This document shows, in pieces, positions 9,170 through 18,008 of a DNA stretch of 64,000 nucleotides; positions within the stretch are counted from its first letter, which is position 1; the number at the start of each line of letters is the position of its first letter. This DNA comes from a virus, in the IMG/VR virus record IMGVR_UViG_3300025151_000001, positions 28,241 through 92,240 of that record; one strand, 5' to 3'. A program made the translations under genes and the position numbers. The notes beneath the pieces are model-generated. The model was not told where the DNA came from, made no database searches, and saw nothing but the letters and a program-made list of their open reading frames with translations.

Positions 9170-10075
9170 ATGGAACAAAACGAAAAATATAAAGCAGTAA
9201 TCAACTCGATGGATGAATACACCTATCAATGGAACCCTGAAAATGCAGAAGACCCGTCTAAACCAATCCTGAAGATTACCAAATCTTCACTTGGGACGCA
9301 TGATTGGTGTCCTAAGAAGTATGATTTCAGTTATGTTCAGCGTCTTCCCCAAGACCAAACTGAAGCAATGTTAAAAGGAACGGTAGTCCACAATGCAAGA
9401 GAGGATTTCTTTAATGATTTTGATATTACTAAGGCGGAAACAATGAATAACACAGAACTTTTGGACTACTGCCAAAGTCTTTTCCCCATTGATGACTATT
9501 TAGACATTTATTTGACTATCGCATCAACTGAAGCAGAAAGATTTATTGAAGCAAAAGAAGAAGATAAGTTAGATGAGTATTTGCCGGTAGTTAACGAAGG
9601 TTTATTTGATGCAGAAATCACTTTTCGGGCAAATCAAAGCAAGAAGTTCACACTTCAGCGTGATTATAAGATTCACCTTCAAGGAATCATTGACCGAGTA
9701 TTTAGAGAAGGTAATTCTCTAATCCCATTGGAGTTGAAGACAGGGCCTTGGAAGGACTATAAAACAACAATGATGAGAAAAGAAATGGCTTTTTATCAGT
9801 TGATGATTGAATCTGCTCCCGAGGAAGTTCTTATTAAGAATGGATTAACTAAAGATATGAAAGTGACTCATTGGGGTTGGTATTACCCTGTATCAAATTA
9901 CATGTATGTTGAAGAAGCAAAGAAACGGTCTATGACTTCTGTTACAGATGGTATTGCCAAACTTCTTCACGCATATGAGCAGGGTATTTTTGCACCTAAG
10001 TTTTATTTTAAGACGTGTAGTCATTGTTCCTTCTTTGGTATCTGTGATGCGGCTCAAACGGATTCGTGGTTATGA
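9170..10075 (+). CDS. cas4: stand-alone Cas4/AddB-like PD-(D/E)xK Fe-S exonuclease
   Basis: WCPK, GTVVH, GIIDRV, ELKTG, CSHC...C cluster ligands. Confidence 0.8.
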   Translation: MEQNEKYKAVINSMDEYTYQWNPENAEDPSKPILKITKSSLGTHDWCPKKYDFSYVQRLPQDQTEAMLKGTVVHNAREDFFNDFDITKAETMNNTELLDYCQSLFPIDDYLDIYLTIASTEAERFIEAKEEDKLDEYLPVVNEGLFDAEITFRANQSKKFTLQRDYKIHLQGIIDRVFREGNSLIPLELKTGPWKDYKTTMMRKEMAFYQLMIESAPEEVLIKNGLTKDMKVTHWGWYYPVSNYMYVEEAKKRSMTSVTDGIAKLLHAYEQGIFAPKFYFKTCSHCSFFGICDAAQTDSWL

Positions 10076-10449
10076 TGATTAAGAATTTGATTGAATCTAA
10101 AGTATTAGCGAAAGATTGGACGTTTAATGAAATTTCAAACTTAAAACAAACAATTGAAGCACTATCTCATAGCCTCTACTCTGAAATGAAATTAAGTGAA
10201 CGCTTCCAACTAATTCGAGAAATTAGAATCAATGATGCATATGTTGGAAGCACATTTGAAGATTCTATGAGACAAGCAATTATGTCTTCACTTCAAGCAG
10301 AAGTTGCAGGCATTATTCGTGAAATGTTAAATAATGCAACAGTAAATTTCGGAGGTAATAAAAATGATGTTTCCAAGATTAGTGTGGGCGGGGAGTCACA
10401 TTCCGAACGCACCACAGATGAAGAGAAAGAAAGTTCTAACAAAGAATGA
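10072..10449 (+). CDS. hypothetical protein
   Basis: Helical ORF overlapping the cas4 stop and the primase start. Confidence 0.5.
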   Translation: MMIKNLIESKVLAKDWTFNEISNLKQTIEALSHSLYSEMKLSERFQLIREIRINDAYVGSTFEDSMRQAIMSSLQAEVAGIIREMLNNATVNFGGNKNDVSKISVGGESHSERTTDEEKESSNKE

Positions 10450-11407
10450 TTATTCCAATTTTGTAAATTCTCACAATAATAGAACAAATGTATATACTAC
10501 AGTTTATGATTTTGAAGAGTTTTCAGAAACTACGGCTATTGATTCTTCCGTTGTTCTTAATCGAATTTTCTTAGATTTTGATGCACACGATGAGAAATTA
10601 GAAGATGCATATAGTGATGTTAAGTTGATTATGCAAATGGTCAAAGATGAAGATTTAATGCATACACTATTTTTTTCAGGGAGGGGATTTCATTTATTCA
10701 TTGAAGGAGAGCGCACAGACGATATTAGAAATATTCAGGCTTATTTCAAAGTCATTAAAGAATATCTTAGAAATGGTGGTGGCGGGTCTTCTCTCGATGA
10801 TAGAGTAGGACAAGCAACTAGACTACGAAGAGTTCCAAATACAGTCAATATGGCTTCTGATGATGGTCAAGGCAATCCCCTTTATTGCATCCCTCTTTTC
10901 TATGAAGACGTGATTTCAATGAATCTTAACGAAGTGATTGGAATGGCGCGAAGTCCGCGACTTATTCCCTTCCGAAAGTCGGGGTCTAAGAGGGTGTTCT
11001 TCCCCGAACAACCCCCTATTGAGATGGTGGAGGGCGAGGTTTCTGTGCCCCAACACGACGGTAATCTCCCCATCCTTCCATGTTTATACCATGCGACTAT
11101 GGTAGAGAATCCCGGTCATTTTGCTCGCGTGTATCTTGTTCAATGGTGGCGAGATATTTTGACTAATTGCACGGGAGTTCAGTTAAGAGGCGAACAAGCA
11201 AAGCCAATCATCAATAAGATTATGGATGAAATACATGAAGTTTATGGTAAATCAGAAGACGTTTGGTTAGATTGGAATGAACGTGAATCTAGAAAGCACG
11301 TATCATATACCGTTAGAAACAATCGTTTCTCTCCTAGTTGTAAGACTCTGATTTCAAACGGATATTGCGTAGGTAAATGTTGGAGGTTCCCAAATGGAAA
11401 GAAGTGA
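10364..11407 (+). CDS. priS: archaeo-eukaryotic primase, PriS fused to a PriL-CTD-like Cys domain
   Basis: FLDFD, SGRGFH, RLRRVPNT; C-terminal LPC...H...PSC...GYCVGKC. Confidence 0.85.
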   Translation: MMFPRLVWAGSHIPNAPQMKRKKVLTKNDYSNFVNSHNNRTNVYTTVYDFEEFSETTAIDSSVVLNRIFLDFDAHDEKLEDAYSDVKLIMQMVKDEDLMHTLFFSGRGFHLFIEGERTDDIRNIQAYFKVIKEYLRNGGGGSSLDDRVGQATRLRRVPNTVNMASDDGQGNPLYCIPLFYEDVISMNLNEVIGMARSPRLIPFRKSGSKRVFFPEQPPIEMVEGEVSVPQHDGNLPILPCLYHATMVENPGHFARVYLVQWWRDILTNCTGVQLRGEQAKPIINKIMDEIHEVYGKSEDVWLDWNERESRKHVSYTVRNNRFSPSCKTLISNGYCVGKCWRFPNGKK

Positions 11408-11411
11408 CTTA

Positions 11412-11495
11412 ATGTTTTATGCTAGAATTGCGTTTTATATAACAGGCACTATTGCTTTTATTTTAACATCAATAATGGGGGTAGCACAATGCTAA
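11412..11495 (+). CDS. 27-aa hydrophobic micro-protein (not in ORF track)
   Basis: MFYARIAFYITGTIAFILTSIMGVAQC* fills the gap and overlaps the next start. Confidence 0.4.
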   Translation: MFYARIAFYITGTIAFILTSIMGVAQC

Positions 11496-12184
11496 TCATA
11501 GATTCAAGAGAAAAAGAAGGTTCTAAACTAGTTCGACTAGTTGAGCAAAAGGCAAAAGCATTAAACATCAAAACAGAAAAGAAGTGGATTGAGATTGGCG
11601 ACTACGTTTTCAATGATGTGTGTTTTGAAGCGAAATCAACCACAGACTTTTTGGGTTCCGTTATTTCAAAAAGAATGTGGACTCAGATTGATAATATGGA
11701 TAGAGCATATAAAACAAATATTGTTTTAATTTATGGTAATATTCAAGAAGCGATTAACAATGTAATAGATAATGCACCAAACAATATGCCTAGGGCAACG
11801 CGAGGAATTCTTTTAAGAAACAAATTTTTGGGAGCATACGGGCGAATTATTCTAGACATGGACACTAAACCAATGTGGGTTGAATCTGAAGAGGAAGCCG
11901 CAGAAATCATTACTGCGGTGTGTAAAATGCAACCTCTAGATAGGCCTAGTATTAAGCCTAGGATTCATAAGAGACTAGCAACAGATGATTTAAGGGTTGA
12001 TATGCTTTCAACCATTAAAGGAGTATCTGAATCAAAGGCAGAACGCTTGATTAACGAATTCGGTTCCATTATGGAAATCGGAGAACAGAAAGCATACGAA
12101 ATTACAAAAATGGAAGGTATCGGTCCAACGGTTGCAAACCGTATTTTAGATACATTAAACTCAGAAGATAAGGTGAGAATATGA
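11489..12184 (+). CDS. ERCC4/XPF (Hef-like) structure-specific nuclease with HhH
   Basis: IIDSRE, GDY, FEAKS, two HhH motifs (IKGVSESKA, MEGIGPTVA). Confidence 0.9.
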   Translation: MLIIDSREKEGSKLVRLVEQKAKALNIKTEKKWIEIGDYVFNDVCFEAKSTTDFLGSVISKRMWTQIDNMDRAYKTNIVLIYGNIQEAINNVIDNAPNNMPRATRGILLRNKFLGAYGRIILDMDTKPMWVESEEEAAEIITAVCKMQPLDRPSIKPRIHKRLATDDLRVDMLSTIKGVSESKAERLINEFGSIMEIGEQKAYEITKMEGIGPTVANRILDTLNSEDKVRI

Positions 12185-13632
12185 ATGAAGCAGAAGAATA
12201 TGTTGAATTTTATGAAGAACGAGCAACGGCTTTTTCGGAGTCGCTTCCTAGATTGGTTAGGGAGTTTCAGAAGTCTGCTCTTGAAGTTTCACACATGAAC
12301 GACGTGCCTGCGGCAGTATCGTTCTTTGTGATTCTAGGTCAGATTTCAAAGGATTTTGTTCAAATCGTGAATGGAAGAAATATTGAAGACTCTAGAATCC
12401 ATTTCTGTTGGATTCAAACTTCGGGAACAGGGAAGTCAACCCTTTGGAACTTTGTTGGTCCGGTTGCAGAAGGTGTCTTTAGAAGAATTAATGAGAAGGG
12501 AACGCATCCTAACTTGGTTTGGAAAGACTACAATCGTCCTCAAAGTTTCGACACCTTTTCTCTAACTGACTACACAGATGCAACTCTGATTGGTGGTTTC
12601 AATAAAACAATCAATGACGAGGGTGAAGTTGAATTAGATTCTGTTCCCGGTCACTTGGAAGGTGCGGGTCTTGCCCATTGGGACGAATTTGAATATTCAG
12701 GTGTGTTCAAACCAACACAACACAATGAATCTTCTATTGTGTATCTAAATACTCTAATGAATACACTAGCCGGTGAATCTTGGGTAATCAGTAAGGCTCT
12801 TCGTCAGTTTGATAACGAGGTAAAATACTGCCTAAGTCAACGTTCAACTATCGCTATGACTTATCCTCCCGAGAACCTTAGTGACGTTATTGCAAATAAG
12901 GGTGTTCTTCAACGTATGCTTCTTTATGTTTGGGATGTTCCTGAACACATTCAACAAAAAATGCGTCGTGACCAAATCATGAAAGCAGGAACCTTTGAAG
13001 AAGTCGATTCACCAATTGAGAAATTCGTAAATGGTATCTATAAAGTATATGAAGAATTGAAGAAAAAGTTCGATGAATCTGGTCGTGATGCTAAGTCAAC
13101 TATCAAGTATTCCCCTGCTTTTAATGATGCTCTAATGTTAGAGTATGAAAACATGGAAGCATTCATTAACAATACTAATGCTGACGTTCGTAAAGTGGCG
13201 CAAAACTTTACCACCCGTTTGATGAAGATTCTGATTAAGATGAGCGTTCTTTGCTGTATCGCTGAAGCGCCCTCTATTAAGAAAGCAAGCGACAAATTCG
13301 TGGTTGGGCCGAGAAACGTCCGTCAAGCGGGAAGTGTTGTCCGACAATGCTATAGCACATTGGTTGATTGGCTAGAGCAGGGCCTCCGAGTCAAGCGACG
13401 AAGCATCGCAGAAAAGTCTCTGTTTCCTGTATTTGTTAAGGTTTATGCTGAAATGGTGACTGAACAAAACGAAGGCTTTGTTTCAAAGAAAGACCTACTT
13501 ACTAGAGTAATGAAAGAAGGCAACAAATCTCAACCATCTGTCTATAATTACTATAGAAAGATTCAACATAAATTCAAAGAACAAAAAGAAGGACGCTCAG
13601 TCTATACTAAATTAGTTGGTGATGAAGAATGA
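12181..13632 (+). CDS. MCM-like AAA+ replicative helicase
   Basis: Walker A TSGTGKS, Walker B HWDEFE, LQRM Arg finger, C-terminal winged helix. Confidence 0.7.
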   Translation: MNEAEEYVEFYEERATAFSESLPRLVREFQKSALEVSHMNDVPAAVSFFVILGQISKDFVQIVNGRNIEDSRIHFCWIQTSGTGKSTLWNFVGPVAEGVFRRINEKGTHPNLVWKDYNRPQSFDTFSLTDYTDATLIGGFNKTINDEGEVELDSVPGHLEGAGLAHWDEFEYSGVFKPTQHNESSIVYLNTLMNTLAGESWVISKALRQFDNEVKYCLSQRSTIAMTYPPENLSDVIANKGVLQRMLLYVWDVPEHIQQKMRRDQIMKAGTFEEVDSPIEKFVNGIYKVYEELKKKFDESGRDAKSTIKYSPAFNDALMLEYENMEAFINNTNADVRKVAQNFTTRLMKILIKMSVLCCIAEAPSIKKASDKFVVGPRNVRQAGSVVRQCYSTLVDWLEQGLRVKRRSIAEKSLFPVFVKVYAEMVTEQNEGFVSKKDLLTRVMKEGNKSQPSVYNYYRKIQHKFKEQKEGRSVYTKLVGDEE

Positions 13633-13850
13633 AATGGGAAAACACATATAAAGTATTTGAAGTATCAAAAGGCCCGAAAGTGATTATTGAATCTCTTAAC
13701 ACCTATGGGGAAGAAGGTTGGGAATGTTCATCTATGGTTACAGTAGCCGGACAAAATATCGTTGTCTTCTTAAAAAGAAAGATTGAAGAAGATGTTCCTG
13801 TAGATAAAGAAGAGGCTAAACTTAGCAAACTTTGGTCTGGCGGTGAGTGA
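13629..13850 (+). CDS. DUF4177-like small protein
   Basis: LNTYGEEGWE...VFLKR signature. Confidence 0.65.
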   Translation: MKWENTYKVFEVSKGPKVIIESLNTYGEEGWECSSMVTVAGQNIVVFLKRKIEEDVPVDKEEAKLSKLWSGGE

Positions 13851-14445
13851 AATGAATGTAATGGCGATTGACTTAGAGACAAAAAATATGTCTTATGAAA
13901 TTGGAGGATTTGGTAATACTCATATGTTTCAAGTTTCGACTGTGACTACTTGGGACGGTTCGACGGGGACGGCATATGTTGATGAAGCCGTTGATTCTTT
14001 CGCTAAGGGTGGTCACGTCGTCAAAAGCCTTCGTGACCTCAAATATGACCTAGACGATTTTCAGAAGACAGGAGGCCTTCTATTAGGCCACAATATCGCA
14101 GCGTTTGATTTACCTATCCTTCGAGATTCTTTGGACATATACTGCATTCGAAAGTATTTGGAGAATAAGCAATACATTGATACTAGTAAAGCATTACTTA
14201 AAGGACATGGGGAGAGATATCGTCTTCAAAATTTAGTTGAGTGTTCTTTAGGCGCTTCAAAGACTATGGATTCTGCTGATGCTCCTGCACTTTGGAAAGC
14301 AGGAGATTATGATACGGTCGTTGATTACTGTTTAAAGGACAGTCAATTAGTCTATGACCTTTGGAAATACGGTCAGAAAAATGGAATCGTTAAAGGATTT
14401 TCTGTTGAAAAAGAGGAGTTTGTTGATTTAGGAGTTGATTGGTGA
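13843..14445 (+). CDS. DEDD/RNase H-like 3'-5' exonuclease
   Basis: AIDLET, GHNIAAFDLP, YCLKD. Confidence 0.85.
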   Translation: MSEMNVMAIDLETKNMSYEIGGFGNTHMFQVSTVTTWDGSTGTAYVDEAVDSFAKGGHVVKSLRDLKYDLDDFQKTGGLLLGHNIAAFDLPILRDSLDIYCIRKYLENKQYIDTSKALLKGHGERYRLQNLVECSLGASKTMDSADAPALWKAGDYDTVVDYCLKDSQLVYDLWKYGQKNGIVKGFSVEKEEFVDLGVDW

Positions 14446-14597
14446 TGACAGGTTGGGAAATTTTTGCTCTTATTGTTTTTTTGTTAATTGTGCTTTTGTT
14501 ATTCTTTGCAGCATTTGGCGGTTCTAATATCACCGATGAATCTGTTGAGCAATACATGGCTCGCTTAATCAATTCGCGTGATAAGAATGGGCCTTAA
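14445..14597 (+). CDS. 50-aa single-TM membrane protein (not in ORF track)
   Basis: MTGWEIFALIVFLLIVLLLFFAAFGG...; TGATG overlap. Confidence 0.6.
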   Translation: MTGWEIFALIVFLLIVLLLFFAAFGGSNITDESVEQYMARLINSRDKNGP

Positions 14598-14745
14598 ACA
14601 AAGATGTCCATTTTGCGATAAACATACACTAGCGAAGCGGCTAGTCGCCTTTTATGTAGGCGCACCCGGACAAGTTAAACTGTGGGAATGTAGAGAGTGT
14701 AAGGGTATTTGGTCGAAAGACACACTTAGGGAGGTTGGGGAGTAA
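14587..14745 (+). CDS. 52-aa Zn-ribbon protein (not in ORF track)
   Basis: MGLKQRCPFC...WECREC...; overlaps the previous gene. Confidence 0.6.
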   Translation: MGLKQRCPFCDKHTLAKRLVAFYVGAPGQVKLWECRECKGIWSKDTLREVGE

Positions 14746-14769
14746 TTTTCCCCGACCTCCCCATTTTTT
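14729..14769 (+). terminator. hairpin plus T-tract at the convergence of the two modules
   Basis: GGGAGGTTGGGGA / TCCCCGACCTCCC 13-bp stem (one G-U), 7-nt loop, then TTTTTT. Confidence 0.7.
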
Positions 14770-14819
14770 GGTCTTCTAAAAGTTAATAATATTTTTCATG
14801 AACTTATTAAGTAGTTTGA

Positions 14820-15830
14820 CTAATATGTTAATGAAAAGATAGGGAATGTATTAGGTGTTGGACCGGGACTAAGTTTTGCGTTTAGAATTACACCGGGAGC
14901 AGGACTTCCACTAATTCCCGTAGTTCCACCAAATACAGTAGAAACATAAATTGTTCTACCATCACTCGACCAATCAAAACCAGCAATAGATTCTGCGACA
15001 CTTGCGGTTGCATAAATTGGTCCCACATCACGGTCGCCAAGATAAGAACTTAAATCAAGAGTATAAACCACAGAACCCATAGTGCTTACGTCATATGGTG
15101 TTGAAAGGGCGTATTCTCTAATGGCTTTATTTTGTGAAACAAAAATCTTTGTGCCGTCATCATTAAATTTAACGCCTGTAATATTCCCATTAGCAGAAAC
15201 ATCGGTTATTGTTTTAGTTCCAATAGACGTAACGCTGCTTAAATTATATGCGCTATTGCAAGTATATGAACGCAATTTATTTTGAGTGCTGCTAATACCG
15301 CTTCCTACTACAACCTTAGTCCCATCATCATTCCATGCACAGGCTTGAAGACCAACAGCACCTAATGGATTGCTAATACTACCTGCTGCTGATAAGGTGC
15401 TACTAATATCTCCGGGTGTAGCATAAGAGGCGGCAAAAAGGTCATTACTATTCCAACCGGCCACAAGAAGATATTGCCCTGTATCATCAAAGTGAATATC
15501 TCTTAACTGTTGATTACTACCTGTAATTGCTGAAATATCGTCAACCTGAACAACCAAACCATCTGTATTCCCAATAGGTAATTCACGAACTTGTTCGGTT
15601 CCAGAATCGTAAATAGAAGGACCATTACCGGCATTGCAAATATAAAAATCCGAATCAGTTACAGCAATTCCCGTAATAATATCTGCTCCCTGTCCACCAC
15701 TTCTTGCAGTATCTTGAGTAAAGTTAAAGTTAATTCCTACCGGGCTAACGCTTGCAAATTGTGATAAGTCGAAAGGCCCTGCGGCATTTACCTTATCTTC
15801 AGCACAAGCACCTGCAACGGCTAAATACAA
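14820..15830 (-). CDS. beta-propeller-like receptor-binding/fibre-associated protein
   Basis: Repeats such as FNDDGTKIFVS...EYALSTPYDVST and WSSDGRTIYV; probable TTG start at 15830. Confidence 0.6.
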   Translation of the reverse strand: MYLAVAGACAEDKVNAAGPFDLSQFASVSPVGINFNFTQDTARSGGQGADIITGIAVTDSDFYICNAGNGPSIYDSGTEQVRELPIGNTDGLVVQVDDISAITGSNQQLRDIHFDDTGQYLLVAGWNSNDLFAASYATPGDISSTLSAAGSISNPLGAVGLQACAWNDDGTKVVVGSGISSTQNKLRSYTCNSAYNLSSVTSIGTKTITDVSANGNITGVKFNDDGTKIFVSQNKAIREYALSTPYDVSTMGSVVYTLDLSSYLGDRDVGPIYATASVAESIAGFDWSSDGRTIYVSTVFGGTTGISGSPAPGVILNAKLSPGPTPNTFPIFSLTY

Positions 15831-15832
15831 TC

Positions 15833-17683
15833 TCAAGCCCCCAATACTACATAATTGTTGTTTCCATCTGCAATGCAAGTAACGCCATTACGAGCCGATA
15901 CACTAATATCTGTTTGTGCGCCATTCATGGTATCTCCGGCACTACTACCTGCACCTGTTCGAAGTGTAAAACCATTTGCATCATTACTGAGAATAGTAAA
16001 ATGAACACCCGCGCCTTGATTATCAGGGATTGTAATAACAATACTACTCCCTGTAACAAAGATGTATTTACCCGCGTGAGTTGCTTCGGTTAAAGTCGTA
16101 TTTGCAGTTAAAGAAACTGTATCTAATCTAGTTGACCTAAAATTATGTCCTGTTTCAACCACTACATCTCCATCTAAAGTAATATCGCCTGTTCCCTTCG
16201 TTTCAATTTCAATGCCTACGTTGGTATCTCCACCCGTTGCAGATAATTTAGGAGCATTACCCGTAGCCGCGTTAGCAATAGTAAATTCATTTACTGCACT
16301 ACCTGTTTCACTAAACTTGAGAAGTTCTAAAGTTCCATCACCAAGAGCATTACCGTTAACGTCTAACATACCGCCTAATTGTGGTGTGGTATCTTCAACG
16401 ACGTTAGAAATACCTGTTTGTGTATCTAAGGATAAAACATAATACCCTGTAATCAAGGGACTTGTGGTATCAGTCATTCCAACTAAAATAACAGATTCTC
16501 CGACCTCTAAAGTCAATGCCTGTGCCGGTGACGCTGCAACTACTCTTTGGTCTGGGTTTGGATTGATACCTGTTGCTGCTGAAGCAATACCGTCAAAAAC
16601 CTCACTACCCGTCAAAGTAATAGTGCAAGCAGAACTATGAATATTTTTTAAGAAGAGCAGCCTTTGGGCGCAAGAAGCAGCAGATGGTAATACGACGCTT
16701 CCCGCATTAATGAAGTAATATAAATCATTAACCCCCATAGTTGGACCGGCTTCGATTGATGCATCGCCGAGAATGTATGCACCGGAAGATAAAGACCCAA
16801 CTGTAACATCATTTGTTGTTGAAGCACCATTACTTGTTACTGAATGTAAGGTTGGGTCTGATGCCGTTAATGCTCCAATATCACTCACAACTTCTGTTCC
16901 GGTTCTAAAATCTACATTTCCACCGCTATCTAAAACTAAGAACTTATCTGTATCTGTTCCGGCATTGACTACACTACCTAAATTTGCTGTCCCTGCAATT
17001 GTTGTTGTTCCGGCTCCATCAACGCCAAATTTAACTGCGTCAGAATTATTTCTAACTTCAAAGTCAGTATTAGCGTCATCACTACCTAAACGCATAATGA
17101 TTTTTTTATCTGCATCTGTGTTATCAATGGTAAAATCTCCACCTGCTGTTGCTACCTCAACGGTAGTTCCACCAGAAGCGGCAGTTACTTTAGACATTTC
17201 TGTATATGTTCCGCTATTGCTATATGCTAAGGAAAGAGAGTTTTTGGTTTTTCCTGTTCCAAAATATTGAACCCTCATCGGATTGCTACCCGTATGTGCA
17301 AGAACAGCAATAGGAACATCACCGGCAGTAAAGGCGGGAACCTTGTTTGCAGCGGTAGGGTTAATTACGGCTAATGCAGAAGAACGAGCAACTAATAAAT
17401 GATAGCCTGTAGTATATGTTGTTGAAAGGGTAATGCCACTACCAGAAATCTCTACTCTTTCTTCATCTCTTAAAACTACACCCGCAGCAATCGTTGCCGT
17501 TGTTGCAGTAACAGAAGTAGCATCAAAACCACTAATAACATAATTTCCTGCTACACCTAAACTAAGTGCTTTAATCAAGCCCGTGTGTGGGTTATCCACA
17601 CCGTCTTCAATTTGTGTTAAAGAACCACCTGTAGCCATTTGACTATAATATCCCGGATTACTTACCATATCATTCCACCTCAA
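15833..17683 (-). CDS. tail fibre protein
   Basis: G/T/S/A-rich; VVEDTTPQLGGMLDVNG fibre motif; modular C-terminus. Confidence 0.75.
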   Translation of the reverse strand: MRWNDMVSNPGYYSQMATGGSLTQIEDGVDNPHTGLIKALSLGVAGNYVISGFDATSVTATTATIAAGVVLRDEERVEISGSGITLSTTYTTGYHLLVARSSALAVINPTAANKVPAFTAGDVPIAVLAHTGSNPMRVQYFGTGKTKNSLSLAYSNSGTYTEMSKVTAASGGTTVEVATAGGDFTIDNTDADKKIIMRLGSDDANTDFEVRNNSDAVKFGVDGAGTTTIAGTANLGSVVNAGTDTDKFLVLDSGGNVDFRTGTEVVSDIGALTASDPTLHSVTSNGASTTNDVTVGSLSSGAYILGDASIEAGPTMGVNDLYYFINAGSVVLPSAASCAQRLLFLKNIHSSACTITLTGSEVFDGIASAATGINPNPDQRVVAASPAQALTLEVGESVILVGMTDTTSPLITGYYVLSLDTQTGISNVVEDTTPQLGGMLDVNGNALGDGTLELLKFSETGSAVNEFTIANAATGNAPKLSATGGDTNVGIEIETKGTGDITLDGDVVVETGHNFRSTRLDTVSLTANTTLTEATHAGKYIFVTGSSIVITIPDNQGAGVHFTILSNDANGFTLRTGAGSSAGDTMNGAQTDISVSARNGVTCIADGNNNYVVLGA

Positions 17684-18008
17684 TAACGAAGAAAATTTCT
17701 AAAGTTTCTGTTGATGTAAAGGGGCCTACACCATCAAATGATTCTCGTCCAAATAATAAAGAGCCATCAAAGAATCCTGCTTCACGAATTACTTTGCCGG
17801 GGATGGCAGAACCCGCAATACTTAATTTAACTTCGACAACGTTTTCAGTTGATTGGTCGTTGACTACTGTAACAGTAATTGAACCAATTGGAACATCTAA
17901 ATCAGTAGCGGCGGGACTTGTTGAGTTTCCACCTAATCCAATCTTACCGCCATCAACATTATCTTTAATGTATTTGGCTAATTGAAATCTAAGGTCATCG
18001 GTAATCAA
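17670..18008 (-). CDS. tail/baseplate fibre-attachment protein
   Basis: IGLGG...ATDL...IREAGFF...LFGR pattern of phage tail fibre N-terminal domains. Confidence 0.6.
   Translation of the reverse strand: MITDDLRFQLAKYIKDNVDGGKIGLGGNSTSPAATDLDVPIGSITVTVVNDQSTENVVEVKLSIAGSAIPGKVIREAGFFDGSLLFGRESFDGVGPFTSTETLEIFFVIEVE

Noticed and set aside
9170-10075. CRISPR-Cas system suggested by cas4
   Set aside because: No other cas genes and no repeat-spacer array seen; stand-alone Cas4-like nucleases are common in archaeal virus replication modules.
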